The notes beneath the pieces are model-generated. The model saw only the letters and a program-made list of their open reading frames with translations. It searched no databases and was not told where the DNA came from. Shown here one piece after another: positions 21,101-23,803 of a stretch of DNA of 23,803 bases; within the stretch, counting starts at the first letter, position 1; each line of letters starts with the position of its first letter. The stretch is from Coniocarpon cinnabarinum (taxonomy: Eukaryota), in contig JAVECO010000035.1 of NCBI GenBank assembly GCA_051942205.1, forward strand, positions 124,001 to 147,803, written 5' to 3'. The translations under genes and the position numbers were made by a program.

Positions 21101-22957
21101 CTGGACCAAGAACCAGAGGAAACTGTGTTCCCAAAGCTAAAGCGATCCCAATTATTGACTGCGCTGCCAAGAGCTGGACCTCGAGTAAACACGTTTTCGT
21201 CATGCTCGTCCATAGCTCTTTCGAGTTCGGCTCGACCTTTACGATCGAGTGAAACATCCAGCCTACTTTGAAGCTCTGTTGCGCTTTTAAACGTCAGCAC
21301 ATCTGCAGCGGGCAGCACACGGACGGATTTCGCTTGTCGTGTGCGCAAGTGAGACTTACCGACACGACTTCAATGGTAGACGGGACACTAGGGCTCTATA
21401 ATTTTGACTCATCCTTTGCACAAGCCGATGGCCTTCGGAGTGACTGCCAGTTCCCGTGGTGCGCAAATCTTGGTAAAAAGACGTTTCAATCCAAGACGGC
21501 ATGACAAACACGCTGTCTGTTGGCGACAGCGACATTTCGTTTCTTTCTTTTGTGTTATCACTGTTGCTTTCATCTTGACCACGCGTGCCGTTGACATTCG
21601 GTAGTAGACCGGACGTCTGCTGAGGCAAGACCTTCGGCTTACGTGTCTTGTCCGATGCATGATAACTCGTGCTCAACACGAACAAGGGAACTACGTGCAA
21701 CGGAATAGCAGCGAGGCAGACGAGCTCAACACCAATGGAACGGCCTGCCAGACGCTGGCTTGTGATCCTGAGCAGATTCTCATCAATGTCGAACGAGCCA
21801 CAGCCAGGCGAGACCATTACGATCGAGGTGCCTGTACGTTCGAAATCAAGATCAAGTTCATCAAGCCAACATGCGGAAATGGCGGTGTTGATAGCCTCGA
21901 GAAAGTTGCCACGACGTGCCGTGGATATATCTAATTGAGCATCACCGTTGGCCTCGCACTGCACGCGGCGGGTCATGATTTCGTGCGTGAACGAACGAAA
22001 GCTTCGGTGCAAGATGTGTAATATTTTGGCATTCTTAAAGTCTGGAAGATCGCTGGCGACGACACGATAGAGGTCAACGGGTTCTCGTTCATCATCATCA
22101 CCACCAGCGTTTTGAGAGTATGACAAACGAGAGAAGAGGACAATAGAGAGCATGTGGCGAGTGCCTTTGACCCGCCAACGTTCTAACAGCGTCGAGACAA
22201 AGTCAGCGGCCTTAGCCCAGAAGGTGCCTCCTGACAGCTCGTCATCAGACTCGTACATTTCGCAGGATACCTGAATGCCAAGGATGAAGCGAGCCGAGGT
22301 GCTGCGGAAGATGGCTCTGCTGTCTCTGGTGAAAAAGCCGGAGGGCGCTCGGCGGCCATCTATGAACAGCTTCTTGATGGTGATCTTGATGTTGCCAAGA
22401 AAGAACAGTTCTTGCCCCTGATACACGCACTGACGACGTGAAAGCTCACTGATGGTGGTCTTCCACAAGTCAGCACGGTTGAGCGGGTCGGAAAAGGTCA
22501 GCTCGACATGTGAGGCCGCGTGCTCATCCCAGCTGGCATCGGCGACGAGAACAGACATGCGGCTGTAGAAGCCATGGACTGCAGCAACACGCTTTGAGAC
22601 CGAGAGTTGGACATTGCGAAATCTCGTTGACTCAGTCTCGGTCCCTCTGCGAGCGACAAAGACAAGAGGCTGAGCATCAGGATCTATGGAGGCCTTGGAC
22701 TGCGTGGTTCGGGCGCCAGGACGGCCGATGGCATAGTCGCGGACGTCTGAAGGCACAGCGTCATTGTCAGCGGCATCTGGAGAGCCGGAATCGTCAACGA
22801 CGGGCAAGACCCTCACGACGCGGTCAGTGGTGTTGGCCTCGATGGACAGCAGATCTGGGTTGAAGATGACGGGGTGGTGTGAAGTGGCGTCGTCATGAAT
22901 CCAGAGAGTGCACGTCCTGGTCAAGGGAGAGGAAGAGGGCGAGGCGGCAGGGGACAT
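18148..22957 (-). CDS. IML1: Vacuolar membrane-associated protein Iml1 (Sea1/DEPDC5, SEACIT/GATOR1 subunit), about 1577 aa
   Basis: Exons 22957-21360 and 21283-18148, intron 21359-21284 (GTAAGT...GCTGAC...AAG), joined in frame. Motifs CTLWIHDD, FRSTSARF..IQ.S.EM, GNFLEAIN, FERTG.SIV, LHVVPLF, WKALCSPASLPLTTEYYP, EELRLDGIRKL, DEP domain (RRWHFRVYEYCFVG..LV.FL...FRDGNFF), HYDRLHHPENCFH, QYVHKSG. Confidence 0.93.
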
Positions 22958-23803
22958 TGATGGAGGCGGGGCGGTCGTGTCATCCAAAATTGCGGTGAAG
23001 AGTGAGGGAAGAAGCTGGGCGATGTCGAGAATGCGGCGGGGCTGATGCGAGGAGCAGCCATGCAATCGCAGTGGGTCAGGTTGGCACTCATGGCCACACC
23101 AACCTTGTTTGCATTGATGGCCGTGGAGTGCAGGCTTGCAGCGCTGCGAAGACGTGTGGCTCAACGCGTCATGTTTGATTGCTGGACGCTACCTGAAGAG
23201 CCGGCCTGTGGTGATTATGCTTGGCTGAAGGATGGTTGGGTGAGGTTTGCTGCCAGCAGGGTAAGAAGAGGCATAGGGTGAATATTCGAGGCAGCGCAAG
23301 AAAAGGTTGACAGGAACGACAACGGCGCGTTGCGAGGGAACAGTGGCCGAGCGATGCGATTGGCGGGAGAAAAAGAGTTGCCAGGAAGAGCAAAAATTGG
23401 ACGAGGCTGTGCACGCAACGCACGGACGGGGAAAAGAAAAGAGCAGATCACGCCTGCATGCACCTGCACCCTCCATCACGAGCCCCATCATAGACGTCCA
23501 ACTTTTTTCTCTCCGCCCCGCATCCTCGATACCTGCATTTGCATTGCCCACCTACGGAATACCTCCTCTGTTGTCCGCGGTCAATCAGGCTTGTGTTCGC
23601 ATGGCCAACCATGCAGCAGCCTTCTAGCACAAATCCGCATTCCGCCATCAGATAGATTGCCTGCCATCCTCGGCCAACCTCAAATCCCAACCGTGGCCAC
23701 ACCATCGCGCGCCAAGTCTTCTCCAATTTGCTGGCGCGCAAGGGGCTTCCTCCACCAAACAACCTTGAATGCCCGACTCCCTCTCGTCCTTCAGGCTTCA
23801 ATC

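Noticed and set aside
23169..23803. Short ORFs at the right edge
   Set aside because: No recognisable motifs or consistent splice structure. This is most likely IML1 promoter or intergenic sequence.

Overview
Eukaryotic, intron-containing, gene-dense DNA. Short GT-AG introns with CTRAC branch points and the gene families present point to a filamentous ascomycete (Pezizomycotina). I reconstructed eight protein-coding genes by hand-splicing: a partial PTH11-like membrane receptor (-), an HGGG/GDSAG alpha/beta hydrolase (+), TAP42/alpha4 (+), a 4-exon EthD-like gene missing from the ORF track (-), hamartin/TSC1 (+), a RING-containing SNF2 ATPase (-), an intronless PflX-like radical SAM enzyme (-) and IML1/DEPDC5 (-). 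Three things stand out. (1) Three non-paralogous TORC1-pathway genes (TAP42, TSC1, IML1) lie within about 20 kb. (2) A 60-unit AGTRTY hexamer array varies almost only at CpA/TpG->TpA sites (RIP-like) and sits in frame inside an apparently dead ~450-codon gene whose stops cluster around the array. (3) A diverged ~150-bp direct repeat pair lies in the EthD-TSC1 intergenic region. Family calls come from motif recognition, not database searches. No tRNA, rRNA, CRISPR array or intact transposon was seen.
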